From NCBI GenBank assembly GCA_025465145.1, contig JAODNS010000136.1, positions 1,069 to 65,068 of the forward strand: a stretch of 64,000 bases of DNA, given 5' to 3'. Both the position numbers and the translations under genes were made by a program. The notes under the pieces are model-generated. The model had not been told where the DNA came from. It did no database searches and saw nothing but the letters and a program-made list of their open reading frames with translations. Source of the stretch: Frankiales bacterium (GTDB taxonomy: Bacteria; Actinomycetota; Actinomycetes; Mycobacteriales; SCTD01). This document shows, piece after piece, positions 17,703-25,606 of the stretch. Each line of letters starts with the position of its first letter. Position 1 is the first letter of the stretch.

Positions 17703-18398
17703 TCAGGTGTCGACGATCATCACGATCCTGGCCACGTCGGCCGGCTGGATGCCGGCTCGACTGGCAGCGAAGCGGATGCGCTCGCCGGCCTCGTCGGCCT
17801 CCCACCCGTGCAGGCCGGCCAGGACGCCCGCCGCCTGGTGCAGCTGCTCGTGGTCGTCGAGCCGCTGCCCCAGCTCGCGGGCGTCGTCGCGGGTCATGAA
17901 CGACAGGTCGGCGTTCTCCACCAGCTGAGCGACGTGGACGCCGAACAGGGCGGCCAGCTGCGCCTGCACGCCGTGGAAGGCGTGCGGATCCGAGGCGTAC
18001 AGGTTCAACGCGCCGGCCGGCACGTCTCCCGCCTGCGGGAGGGGCAGCGACATGCTGGAGCGCACCCCGGAGGCAGCTGCGGCCTGCGAGTACAGCTGCC
18101 AGCGCGGCTCGTCGAGCACGTCATCGACACGGATGGGCTCCCGGGTGGACGCAGCCTCGACGCACGGCCCACCGCCGAGGTACTGGATCGCGTCGAGGCT
18201 CGCGACGTGCGCCGGCGTGGCGGTGACCGTGAAGGGGTCGCCGTCGACCACGACCGTCAGGCTCACGCCGACGCAGGACGGCAGCAGCGTGAGCGCGAGA
18301 GCTGACACGGCTTCCAGGCGCTGCACCAGGTCGAGCGTCTCGTCCGCCAGCGCGGCGAGGCGCGTTGCCGCCTCGCGGACCTCAGGTATCGCTTCCAT
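17703..18398 (-). CDS. GAF + ANTAR domain RNA-binding regulator
   Basis: ORF 17703..18488(-), trimmed to ATG 18396-18398 (MEAIPEV...). GAF-like N-terminal part. C-terminal ANTAR block LGQRLDDHEQLHQAAGVLAGLHGWEADEAGERIRFAASRAGIQPADVARIV. Confidence 0.75.
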   Translation of the reverse strand: MEAIPEVREAATRLAALADETLDLVQRLEAVSALALTLLPSCVGVSLTVVVDGDPFTVTATPAHVASLDAIQYLGGGPCVEAASTREPIRVDDVLDEPRWQLYSQAAAASGVRSSMSLPLPQAGDVPAGALNLYASDPHAFHGVQAQLAALFGVHVAQLVENADLSFMTRDDARELGQRLDDHEQLHQAAGVLAGLHGWEADEAGERIRFAASRAGIQPADVARIVMIVDT

Positions 18399-18474
18399 CG
18401 TCGGTGCGGCTACCCGCCCTTGCGCAGCCTGAACATGTGGTCGCCCCGGTCGCTGCGTCGGGCCGGCGAACCGG

Positions 18475-19137
18475 TCAGAACTGGCCAACGGCGAGCAGCC
18501 CCGCCAGCTCCTCAGCGACGTCGACGGGCGGCACCCGGCGGCTGAACGCCGTCCGGGCCCCGGCGTCGAGGAACGTCCCGAGGTCGTGGTCCCTCGCCAC
18601 CTGCACGGCGCAGATCGTGTGCGGCGCGTGCTCGGTGAGCCACCGGATCACCTCGGATGCCCCGATCATCGGCAGCCGGTCCTCGAGCAGGACGAGGTCG
18701 GGCTGCTCCGCGATCGCCGCACCCACCGCGTCGGCGCCGTTCTCCAGGGCGCACACGACGTGCACGCCGGCATCCCGCAGCGCCGAGGCAACCTTTCCCC
18801 GGAACCACTCGTTGCGGTGGACCACGATCACGCGCGGGGCCGCGGTGGCGGCCAGCGGGCGCGCCGGGTCGGCCATCTGCTGCCGGGTCCGCTCGATCAA
18901 CGTCTCCTGCACCCGCTGCAGGACGTCTCGTCGGCGGGCCTGGTCCAGACGCGACTCGCGGCTGCCGCCCTCGGCCGGCGCGGCCTCGGCGGCTCGACGG
19001 GCGGCGTTCCAGGAGTCGATCCCGAGAACCTGGTCGTGCAGCACGTCCGGCTCCAGTCGCCGCTGGGCAGGTGCCTCCCACGCGCGGGCCGGAGCTGAGG
19101 GTCGGTCGATCATCGTCACTGCGCACCCCACTGGCAT
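18475..19137 (-). CDS. receiver-domain protein with N-terminal coiled extension; receiver lacks canonical acidic pocket and Asp
   Basis: ORF 18475..19137(-). Receiver region PRVIVVHRNEW...PDLVLLEDRLPM...AGARTAFSRRVP aligns to a CheY-like fold with HR for DD, E at the acceptor position and R for K. Start ambiguous (ATG 19137 or 19113). Confidence 0.6.
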   Translation of the reverse strand: MPVGCAVTMIDRPSAPARAWEAPAQRRLEPDVLHDQVLGIDSWNAARRAAEAAPAEGGSRESRLDQARRRDVLQRVQETLIERTRQQMADPARPLAATAAPRVIVVHRNEWFRGKVASALRDAGVHVVCALENGADAVGAAIAEQPDLVLLEDRLPMIGASEVIRWLTEHAPHTICAVQVARDHDLGTFLDAGARTAFSRRVPPVDVAEELAGLLAVGQF

Positions 19138-19699
19138 CGGGTGGCGCCATCGCGCTACGGGGAGTCGCAGCCGCGGACCTGACGCCCGGCGGGCTGACTG
19201 CTCAACCGGGCGAACCGTAACAACAGTGTCAAGAGCATCACCGCCGTCACTCTGAACCCCCTTGGGCCAGTTTCCGCCGGCCGACCCGGCACAGCGGCCC
19301 TCCGCGGCGTACCGTCAGCCGCCTCCCGTCGTACGCGTCCAACTCCGGTGACTCGGCTACCGAGCGGACCAGCCATGGACATTGCACGCGCCCTCGGCCT
19401 GCAGGCGCGATCGCGACGCGACGCGCGGATGTCGCTCGGACGGCTGCGGCGCGCTCGGTCCGACAGCGTGGCGGCCGCTGCGGCGGTCGCGAAGCCGGGA
19501 CCCGACTGGGGACCGGCCGGCAGCCGCAGGAGCCCGCAGGAGCGCCGTCCGGGCGGGTGACGGGCGACCGCGCGCACGCCGACGCGGACCCGGGCGCCGG
19601 GGCGAAGGCTCGCTCCCTGCACACAGATCCGCGGTCGGGGTCAGCGTCGAGGCCGCGCTCCCCGGTCGACGGCGCGGGGGTCACAGCAGCGACCGGCCG

Positions 19700-20197
19700 T
19701 CATGACGTCGGGCGCACCGGGCGAGCCACCACCCGCAGGGCGAGGCCGATGAGGACGAAGACGAGGCCGAGGCCCATCGCCATGGCGGCGATGCCGAAGC
19801 TCACGACCGACGTGAACAGGCTGGCCCGCAGGAACGACCCGTTCATGACGGTCGCGCGGACGGGGTCCTCCCGGCCGAGCTCGGCGTAGGTCTTGCCACC
19901 GCTCGCCTCGAGTGAGTGGTGCTCGATGATGTCCGCCTGGTAGTACGCGGTGAGCGGACCGTTGACGAGCTGTCCGCCGAAGTGGGCGGCGTCCTCCGCC
20001 ACGGTGATCTTCTCGTCGGCCAGGCTGGTCTGGACCATCACCCAGGTGCCGGCACCGGCAGCGCCCAGCAGGAGCCCCGCGACGACGACGAGCGTGCCGA
20101 GCAGGCCGACCCTCCGGTCCGTCTCTCGTACGGGCACGGCCGTGCTGACAGTGGCGTCGCGGTCGCTGGAGCGGGGGGGCAGTGCGGTGGTGGTCAC
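19700..20197 (-). CDS. hypothetical membrane protein (two TM segments flanking a soluble loop)
   Basis: 3' part of ORF 19700..21976(-). Start GTG 20195-20197, 6 nt after GAGGAG. TM1 LLGTLVVVAGLLLGAAGAGTWVMV, TM2 FTSVVSFGIAAMAMGLGLVFVLIGLAL. The rest of the 758-aa ORF is antisense to the kinase gene. Confidence 0.6.
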   Translation of the reverse strand: MTTTALPPRSSDRDATVSTAVPVRETDRRVGLLGTLVVVAGLLLGAAGAGTWVMVQTSLADEKITVAEDAAHFGGQLVNGPLTAYYQADIIEHHSLEASGGKTYAELGREDPVRATVMNGSFLRASLFTSVVSFGIAAMAMGLGLVFVLIGLALRVVARPVRPTS

Positions 20198-20368
20198 GAT
20201 GGGCTCCTCGATGTGGGGCCGACTCCGGGACGGTGCCGGCGCGCAGGTCGATCCCACTGCGCGTCGCGGCTGCCCGACAGAGACCAACGGCCCCGGCCCG
20301 GTGCCGCAGGTCCCTGCGAGGGCGGGAAGTGCTGCCCTTCCGAGCGGGTGGGGTGCCATGGTGTGTCC

Positions 20369-22000
20369 ATGGACAGAGCCGCGGACGTCAAGCTCCGCAG
20401 CCTGCTCCACGCGGTCATCGCGATCGCCGAGGACCTCGACCTGCAGACGGCCCTGCACCACATCACCGAGGTGGCGGCGGCACTGGTCGACGCCGAGTAC
20501 GGCGCGCTCGGGGTCATCAACGAGGACGGCCGCGGGCTCGCCCAGTTCATCGTCGTGGGACTCGACCCGGAGGTCGCCGAGAAGATCGGCCGCCTGCCCG
20601 AAGGCCACGGCGTCCTGGGCAAGCTGATCGCCGACCCGAACCCGCTGCGGCTGGACCCTCTCGCCGACCACCCGGAGTCCTTTGGCTTCCCGCCCAACCA
20701 CCCGCCGATGCACACCTTCCTCGGGGTGCCGATCCGGGTCCGCGACGCGGTCTTCGGCAACCTGTACCTGACGCAGAAGCGCGGTGGCGGCGCCTTCGAC
20801 GAGCAGGACGAGGCGGTGGTCCTCGGGCTCGCTGCCGCCGCCGGCGTCGCGATCGAGAACGCGCGCCTGTTCAGCGAGTCGCGGCAGCGCGAGCGGTGGC
20901 TCGAGGCGAGCAGCGAGGTGTCGACGGCCCTGCTCTCGGGCAGCGAGCCGGAGGAGGTGCTGCAGCTGGTGGCGCGGCAGGCCCGCCGCGTGACCGTGGC
21001 CGCGCTGGCGTTCGTCGCTCTGCCGGCTGGTCCCGGGCGGCTCCTCGTCGAGGTGGCCGACGGGGAGGGCGCTGACGAGCAGCGAGGCCGGTCGATCCAG
21101 CAGAGCGGCCTGCTCGACGAGGTGATCACCTTCGACGAGGCGCGCCACGTCCCGGCGATCCAGCTGCCCGCAACGGCCGGCGGGGGCGGCGGGCTGGCCG
21201 TACCGCTCGGCGCCGCGGGTGGTCAGCCGCGCGGCGTCCTCGTCGTCACCGGCCTGGTCGGCGCGGACACAGCGGTCGCCGTGCGTGCCCTGACGAGCTT
21301 CGCCGGGCAGGCCGGCGTCGCGCTCGAACTGGCCGAGCGACGTCGCGAGGCCGAGCGGTTCGCCGTGTTCGAGGACAGGGACCGCATCGCCCGCGACCTG
21401 CACGACCTCGTGATCCAGCGGCTGTTCGCCACGGGGATGCAGCTGGAGAGCGCTTCGCGGCTCATCGACGACCGTCCCGCCGAGGCGCACGTACGGGTGC
21501 ACCGCGCCGTCGACGACCTGGACGCCACCATCCGCGAGCTCCGCTCCACGATCTACGGCCTGCAGGCGCCGGCTGATGCGAGGGCCTCCCTGCGAGCGCT
21601 CCTCCTCCAGGTCGTCGACAGCGGCGCGGAGCAGCTCGGCTTCGCCCCGTCCCTGCGGATGGACGGCCTGCTCGACACGCTCGTCACGTCCGTCGCCGCC
21701 GACCACCTCCTCGCGGCTGCCCGAGAGGCGCTCAGCAACGCCGCCCGCCACGCATGCGCGACCGCGGTGACCGTCTCGGTGGCCGTACGCGACGACGAGG
21801 TGGTGCTCGAGGTGGCGGACAACGGGATCGGCATGAAGGCGGACGGGCGCCGCAGCGGCCTGACCAACCTGGCGGCGAGGGCGACGCAGCTCGGGGGGAC
21901 TCTCAGCACGGCTCCCGCGGCAGGCGGCGGGACGGCTCTGACATGGCGGGCTCCGCTTGCGGCTGAGCCGGTGCACCCGGCGGCACCCAGCGGCCGGTGA
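20369..22000 (+). CDS. DevS/DosT-like GAF-GAF sensor histidine kinase (HisKA_3 class)
   Basis: ORF 19916..22000(+), trimmed to ATG 20369. GAF blocks GALGVINEDG...HPPMHTFLGVPIRVRDAVFGNLYLTQK. H-box DRDRIARDLHDLVIQRLFATGMQL. HATPase REALSNAARHA...DNGIGM...GLTNL. Confidence 0.85.
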   Translation: MDRAADVKLRSLLHAVIAIAEDLDLQTALHHITEVAAALVDAEYGALGVINEDGRGLAQFIVVGLDPEVAEKIGRLPEGHGVLGKLIADPNPLRLDPLADHPESFGFPPNHPPMHTFLGVPIRVRDAVFGNLYLTQKRGGGAFDEQDEAVVLGLAAAAGVAIENARLFSESRQRERWLEASSEVSTALLSGSEPEEVLQLVARQARRVTVAALAFVALPAGPGRLLVEVADGEGADEQRGRSIQQSGLLDEVITFDEARHVPAIQLPATAGGGGGLAVPLGAAGGQPRGVLVVTGLVGADTAVAVRALTSFAGQAGVALELAERRREAERFAVFEDRDRIARDLHDLVIQRLFATGMQLESASRLIDDRPAEAHVRVHRAVDDLDATIRELRSTIYGLQAPADARASLRALLLQVVDSGAEQLGFAPSLRMDGLLDTLVTSVAADHLLAAAREALSNAARHACATAVTVSVAVRDDEVVLEVADNGIGMKADGRRSGLTNLAARATQLGGTLSTAPAAGGGTALTWRAPLAAEPVHPAAPSGR

Positions 22001-22316
22001 TCAGGCGGGAGTCGATCCGCACGAGGTCGCTCCCCGCGTCGCCGTCGAGGAGGCGGGCAGCCAGACCGCGCACCATGACGCTCCACCCGGCCTCGGACCC
22101 GATGCCGGGCTCGTCGACGGCGAACGCCACGACCTGCCCGTCCAGACGCTGCGCAAGGCGGCCGGACCGCGTCTGCACGACGACGTCCTCGCCGACCAGC
22201 TCGTACGGGAGCGACCGGATCGCCGGCAGTGCGCGCGCGGTGAATGCGACGCGCCCGATGCTGCCCTGCCGCAGTAGGTGCAGGCAGTCGCCCCGCGCCA
22301 TCTCGTAGAGCCCCAT
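21903..22316 (-). CDS. pyridoxamine 5'-phosphate oxidase-family (split-barrel flavin/F420-binding) protein
   Basis: ORF 21903..22319(-). LYEMARGDCLHLLRQGSIGRVAFTARALPAIRSLPYEL...GWSVMVRGLA is typical of the Pyridox_ox_2 type. Start overlaps the GNAT stop (GTGATG). The 3' tail overlaps the kinase 3' end. Confidence 0.7.
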   Translation of the reverse strand: MGLYEMARGDCLHLLRQGSIGRVAFTARALPAIRSLPYELVGEDVVVQTRSGRLAQRLDGQVVAFAVDEPGIGSEAGWSVMVRGLAARLLDGDAGSDLVRIDSRLITGRWVPPGAPAQPQAEPAMSEPSRRLPREPC

Positions 22317-22876
22317 CACCGGCTCGCCCCCGCGCGCGGACCGAGGTGCGCCGGGAGGGTCTGGGCGCGTGGCAGCGGCAGGACGACGTGCGCGACGCCG
22401 TGGTCGTACTCGGGCGTGCCCAGCAGGCCGGCGTCGCGGAAGGCCGCGAACATGCGGCCGTTGTCGGCGAGGACGTCCGCCGTGAAGCGCTGGACACCCT
22501 GCTCGCGCGCATGCGCCGTCAGCAGGCGCAGCAGCGCCGTGCCCAGCCCGAGGTGCTGGTGGTCGTCCTGGACGACGACGGCCACCTCGGCGTCCTCGGC
22601 ACCCGGCGCGCGGTCGTAGCGGGCCACCCCCAGGAGGTCGCCGCCGACGTCGACGGCCACCAGCGCCGCGCGGTCCGTTCCGTCGACGGCACAGAAGTGC
22701 GCTGCCTGCTGCTCGCCGAGCTCGGGCTGCACCGCGAAGAAGCGGCGGGCCACGGAGGTCGGTGACAGCCGGCGGTGCATCGCGCGCAGCGGCTCAGCGT
22801 CGTCCGGGCCCAGACGCCGGACCGTCACCTGGCGCCCGTCCGTCAGGACGACGGACGACGGCGCGGGGACGGTCAT
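22316..22876 (-). CDS. GNAT-family N-acetyltransferase
   Basis: ORF 22316..22876(-). Acetyl-CoA motif VVVQDDHQHLGLGTALLRLL. Confidence 0.8.
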   Translation of the reverse strand: MTVPAPSSVVLTDGRQVTVRRLGPDDAEPLRAMHRRLSPTSVARRFFAVQPELGEQQAAHFCAVDGTDRAALVAVDVGGDLLGVARYDRAPGAEDAEVAVVVQDDHQHLGLGTALLRLLTAHAREQGVQRFTADVLADNGRMFAAFRDAGLLGTPEYDHGVAHVVLPLPRAQTLPAHLGPRAGASR

Positions 22877-23034
22877 GGCGCAGCTCGTTGCACGGGCAGC
22901 TGCGCGAGCGTCGCTGCGGCCGCAGGGGTGTCCAGCAGCGTGCCGCGCTCGGTGGCGCGGGCGAGCAGTGCCGCCAGGGCCAGCTGGAGACCAGCGACGG
23001 CGGCGACCTCGGCAGTCATGGCGGTCCGGTTCAT
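22873..23034 (-). CDS. candidate 53-aa small protein, translationally coupled to the GNAT gene
   Basis: Tail of the spurious ORF 22873..24228(-): MNRTAMTAEVAAVAGLQLALAALLARATERGTLLDTPAAAATLAQLPVQRAAP. ATG is preceded by GAGAGG (6-nt spacer). Its TGA overlaps the GNAT ATG (ATGA). No recognised family. Confidence 0.3.
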   Translation of the reverse strand: MNRTAMTAEVAAVAGLQLALAALLARATERGTLLDTPAAAATLAQLPVQRAAP

Positions 23035-23277
23035 GCTCGGCCTCTCGGACGCTCGGCGAATGCGTCGACGGTGCTCCCCTGCGTCGCCGGCGGACAGGGC
23101 CGAAGGTCCCGGGCCGGGACCGTTGGTCTTCCCTGCGCCGGGACGTTGTGCCCTGTTCCGCGGTGACCGCGCGGACGCAGGGTGGACGAGCGCCCGACCA
23201 GCCCGCTCCCAGGGCTCCTCGCCCGCACGGCGCCGGTTCTCCCGGCGTCGAGGGAACACCGACAATTGGAGCGCACC

Positions 23278-24318
23278 ATGAAGGCCCTCGTGTACCACGG
23301 CCCCGGCAGCAAGAGCTGGGACGACGTCCCGAACGCCGAGCTCGTCGACGCGACCGACGCGGTCGTCCGCGTCACGTCCTCCACCATCTTCGGATCCGAC
23401 CTGCACATCCTCAAGGGCGACGTGCCCGACACCGCCGCCGGTCGGGTCCTCGGCCACGAGGCGGTCGGCATCGTCGAGTCCGTCGGCAGCGCCGTCACGA
23501 CCGTCCGCCCCGGCGACCGCGTCCTCGTCTCCTGCGTCAGTGCCTGCGGCCGTTGCCGCTACTGCCGCGAGGCCCGGTACGGCCAGTGCCTCGGCGGCGG
23601 CGGCTGGATCCTCGGCTACAAGATCGACGGTACGCAGGCCGAGCTGGTGCGCGTCCCGTTCGCCGACACCTCGACCTACCTCGTACCGGAGGGCCTGCAC
23701 GACGAGGCGGTCCTCATGCTGGCCGACATCCTCCCGACCTCGTACGAGGTCGGCGTGGTCAACGGCGGCATCCGCCCCGGTGACACCGTCGCCATCGTGG
23801 GCGCAGGACCGATCGGGCTGGCCGCCATCAGCACCGCCAAGCTGTTCAGCCCGGCGCAGATCATCGCGATCGACCTGGCCGACAGCCGGCTCGACGCGGC
23901 CAAGCAGTTCGGCGCCGACGTCGTCGTGAACAACTCTCGCGAGGACGCGCAGGCGATCGTCACGTCGCTGACCGACGGCCTCGGCGCCGACGTGGCCATC
24001 GAGGCGGTCGGCGTACCGGACACGTTCGAGCTGTGCACCCGGCTCATCCGGGCGGGTGGTCGCGTGGCCAACGTGGGCGTCCACGGCAAGCCGGCGGCCC
24101 TGCACCTCGAGGACCTGTGGGCACGCGACGTCACGATCACCACCGGTCTGGTGGACACCTGGTCGACGCCGACGCTGCTCAAGCTCGTGCGCTCCGGCCA
24201 GCTGAACACCGATGCGTTCATCACGCACCGGCTGGCGCTGGCGGACATCGAGAAGGCGTACGACGTCTTCGGCAAGGCGGCCGACACCGGCGCGCTCAAG
24301 GTCGTGCTCACCGCATGA
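23278..24318 (+). CDS. zinc-dependent alcohol dehydrogenase (MDR superfamily)
   Basis: ORF 23182..24318(+), trimmed to ATG 23278. GHEAVGIVESVG, structural zinc CGRCRYC, Rossmann IVGAGPIGL. Confidence 0.9.
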   Translation: MKALVYHGPGSKSWDDVPNAELVDATDAVVRVTSSTIFGSDLHILKGDVPDTAAGRVLGHEAVGIVESVGSAVTTVRPGDRVLVSCVSACGRCRYCREARYGQCLGGGGWILGYKIDGTQAELVRVPFADTSTYLVPEGLHDEAVLMLADILPTSYEVGVVNGGIRPGDTVAIVGAGPIGLAAISTAKLFSPAQIIAIDLADSRLDAAKQFGADVVVNNSREDAQAIVTSLTDGLGADVAIEAVGVPDTFELCTRLIRAGGRVANVGVHGKPAALHLEDLWARDVTITTGLVDTWSTPTLLKLVRSGQLNTDAFITHRLALADIEKAYDVFGKAADTGALKVVLTA

Positions 24319-24716
24319 CGGTGACCGCGCCTCCGGTGCGCGTGGGCGGCGGCGTGCGCCTGCTGCTCTCGCGGGCCTCCGCCGGGCCAGCCGCCGTGGA
24401 CGGCAGCTGGCGCCCGCGCAGCAGGGACCTCGCTGCTGAGCTCGTCCCGCTCCTCGACGAGCTGCAGCGAGCGGGGCACGTGGTGCGGCGGGTCACGTAC
24501 GACCTCGACGCGTGGGAGCCGGCGGCGCGGCGGCTGACGGAGCAGGGCGTGGAGGTGCGCCTGAACGGCTTCCACCTGCCCCGCCCGGAGACCGTGCGGC
24601 TGTCCGCCGCCGGCAGCCCCGCCCTGCTGCTCGCCGTCGTGGACCCGGGTCCCCCGGACCCGGTCGTCCCCGTACCTCGCAACTCCGCGGCGGCACCGGC
24701 CGGAGCCCGCCCATGA
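24315..24716 (+). CDS. DUF5994-family protein
   Basis: Internal ATG 24315 of ORF 24033..24716(+), overlapping the ADH stop (ATGA). VDGSWRPRSRDLAAELVPLLDEL...VRRVTYDLDAW matches the DGAWWPRSRDL..EL signature as I remember it. Confidence 0.7.
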   Translation: MTVTAPPVRVGGGVRLLLSRASAGPAAVDGSWRPRSRDLAAELVPLLDELQRAGHVVRRVTYDLDAWEPAARRLTEQGVEVRLNGFHLPRPETVRLSAAGSPALLLAVVDPGPPDPVVPVPRNSAAAPAGARP

Positions 24717-25606
24717 GCGCCCAGATGCCCGGCGTGGTCGTCGGCATCGACGGCTCCCCCGCCAGCGACGCCGCGCTCACCTACGCCGGCGAGCAGGCGG
24801 CGGCCCGGCGACTCCCGCTGACCGTGCTGCACAGCTGGCACGCGGTGCCCGTGGTGGCGGCGAACATGTGGGGTCCCACGGCTCCGATGGTCACCGACGC
24901 CGACGTGCAGCAGTGCGCGCAGGAGGTGCTGGACCGGGCCGGAGCGACGATCTCGCAGCGGTACCCGCAGCTCGCACACAGCGAGCAGCTGGGCCAGGGC
25001 ACGGCGGCGAACGCGCTCATCGCGGCCAGTGAGAGCGCGCTGCTCGTCGTCGTGGGCGGCCGCGACCGACCGAAGCACGAGCCGGGCTGGCTCGGCGGCG
25101 TGCCGCTTCGCCTCGTGGCTGCCGCCTCGTGCCCGGTGGTCGTCGTACCCGGCTCCCCGCAGCTCGCCGGCGACATCGTCGTCGGCGTGGACGGCTCTGC
25201 CGCCTCCGAGGAGGCAGTGGCGTTCGCCTTCGAGGAGGCGTCGCGCTCAGGTCGCCCGCTGCGGGCGCTGCACGCGATCGACGGGATGGGCGGCCTCAGC
25301 GACGGCATCAGCGACGAGGTCTTCACGACCGCGGAGCGGCAGCTGAGCGAGGCTCTTGCCGGCTGGCAGGAGAAGTACCCGGACGTGGCACTCACCCGCG
25401 TGGTCTGCCCGGAGTCGCCGCTGCACGAGCTGCGGTACGCGTCGCACAGCGCCTCGCTGGTCGTGGTCGGCAGCCACGGCCGCGGGTTCTTCCTCCGGCA
25501 CGTGCTGGGTTCTGTCAGCTCGGCCCTGCTGCGCGTCAGCACCTGCCCGGTGGCCGTCGTCGGCGCCGCCGCCTCCTCGGAGCCGCCGTGGGGCAACGGG
25601 TCGTGA
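24713..25606 (+). CDS. tandem universal stress protein (two UspA domains)
   Basis: ORF 24512..25606(+), trimmed to ATG 24713 (ATGA overlap). VVVGIDGSPASDAAL... and IVVGVDGSAASEEAV...VVGSHGRG...LGSVSSALLRVSTCPVAVV. Confidence 0.85.
   Translation: MSAQMPGVVVGIDGSPASDAALTYAGEQAAARRLPLTVLHSWHAVPVVAANMWGPTAPMVTDADVQQCAQEVLDRAGATISQRYPQLAHSEQLGQGTAANALIAASESALLVVVGGRDRPKHEPGWLGGVPLRLVAAASCPVVVVPGSPQLAGDIVVGVDGSAASEEAVAFAFEEASRSGRPLRALHAIDGMGGLSDGISDEVFTTAERQLSEALAGWQEKYPDVALTRVVCPESPLHELRYASHSASLVVVGSHGRGFFLRHVLGSVSSALLRVSTCPVAVVGAAASSEPPWGNGS

Noticed and set aside
19348-19560. 70-aa ORF (MTRLPSGPAMDIARALGLQARSRR...) as a real small gene
   Set aside because: It is extremely Arg-rich with high GC at second codon positions, has no SD in front of either Met, and matches no recognisable family. 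It is more likely an out-of-frame artefact and is kept only as part of the gene-free-gap observation.
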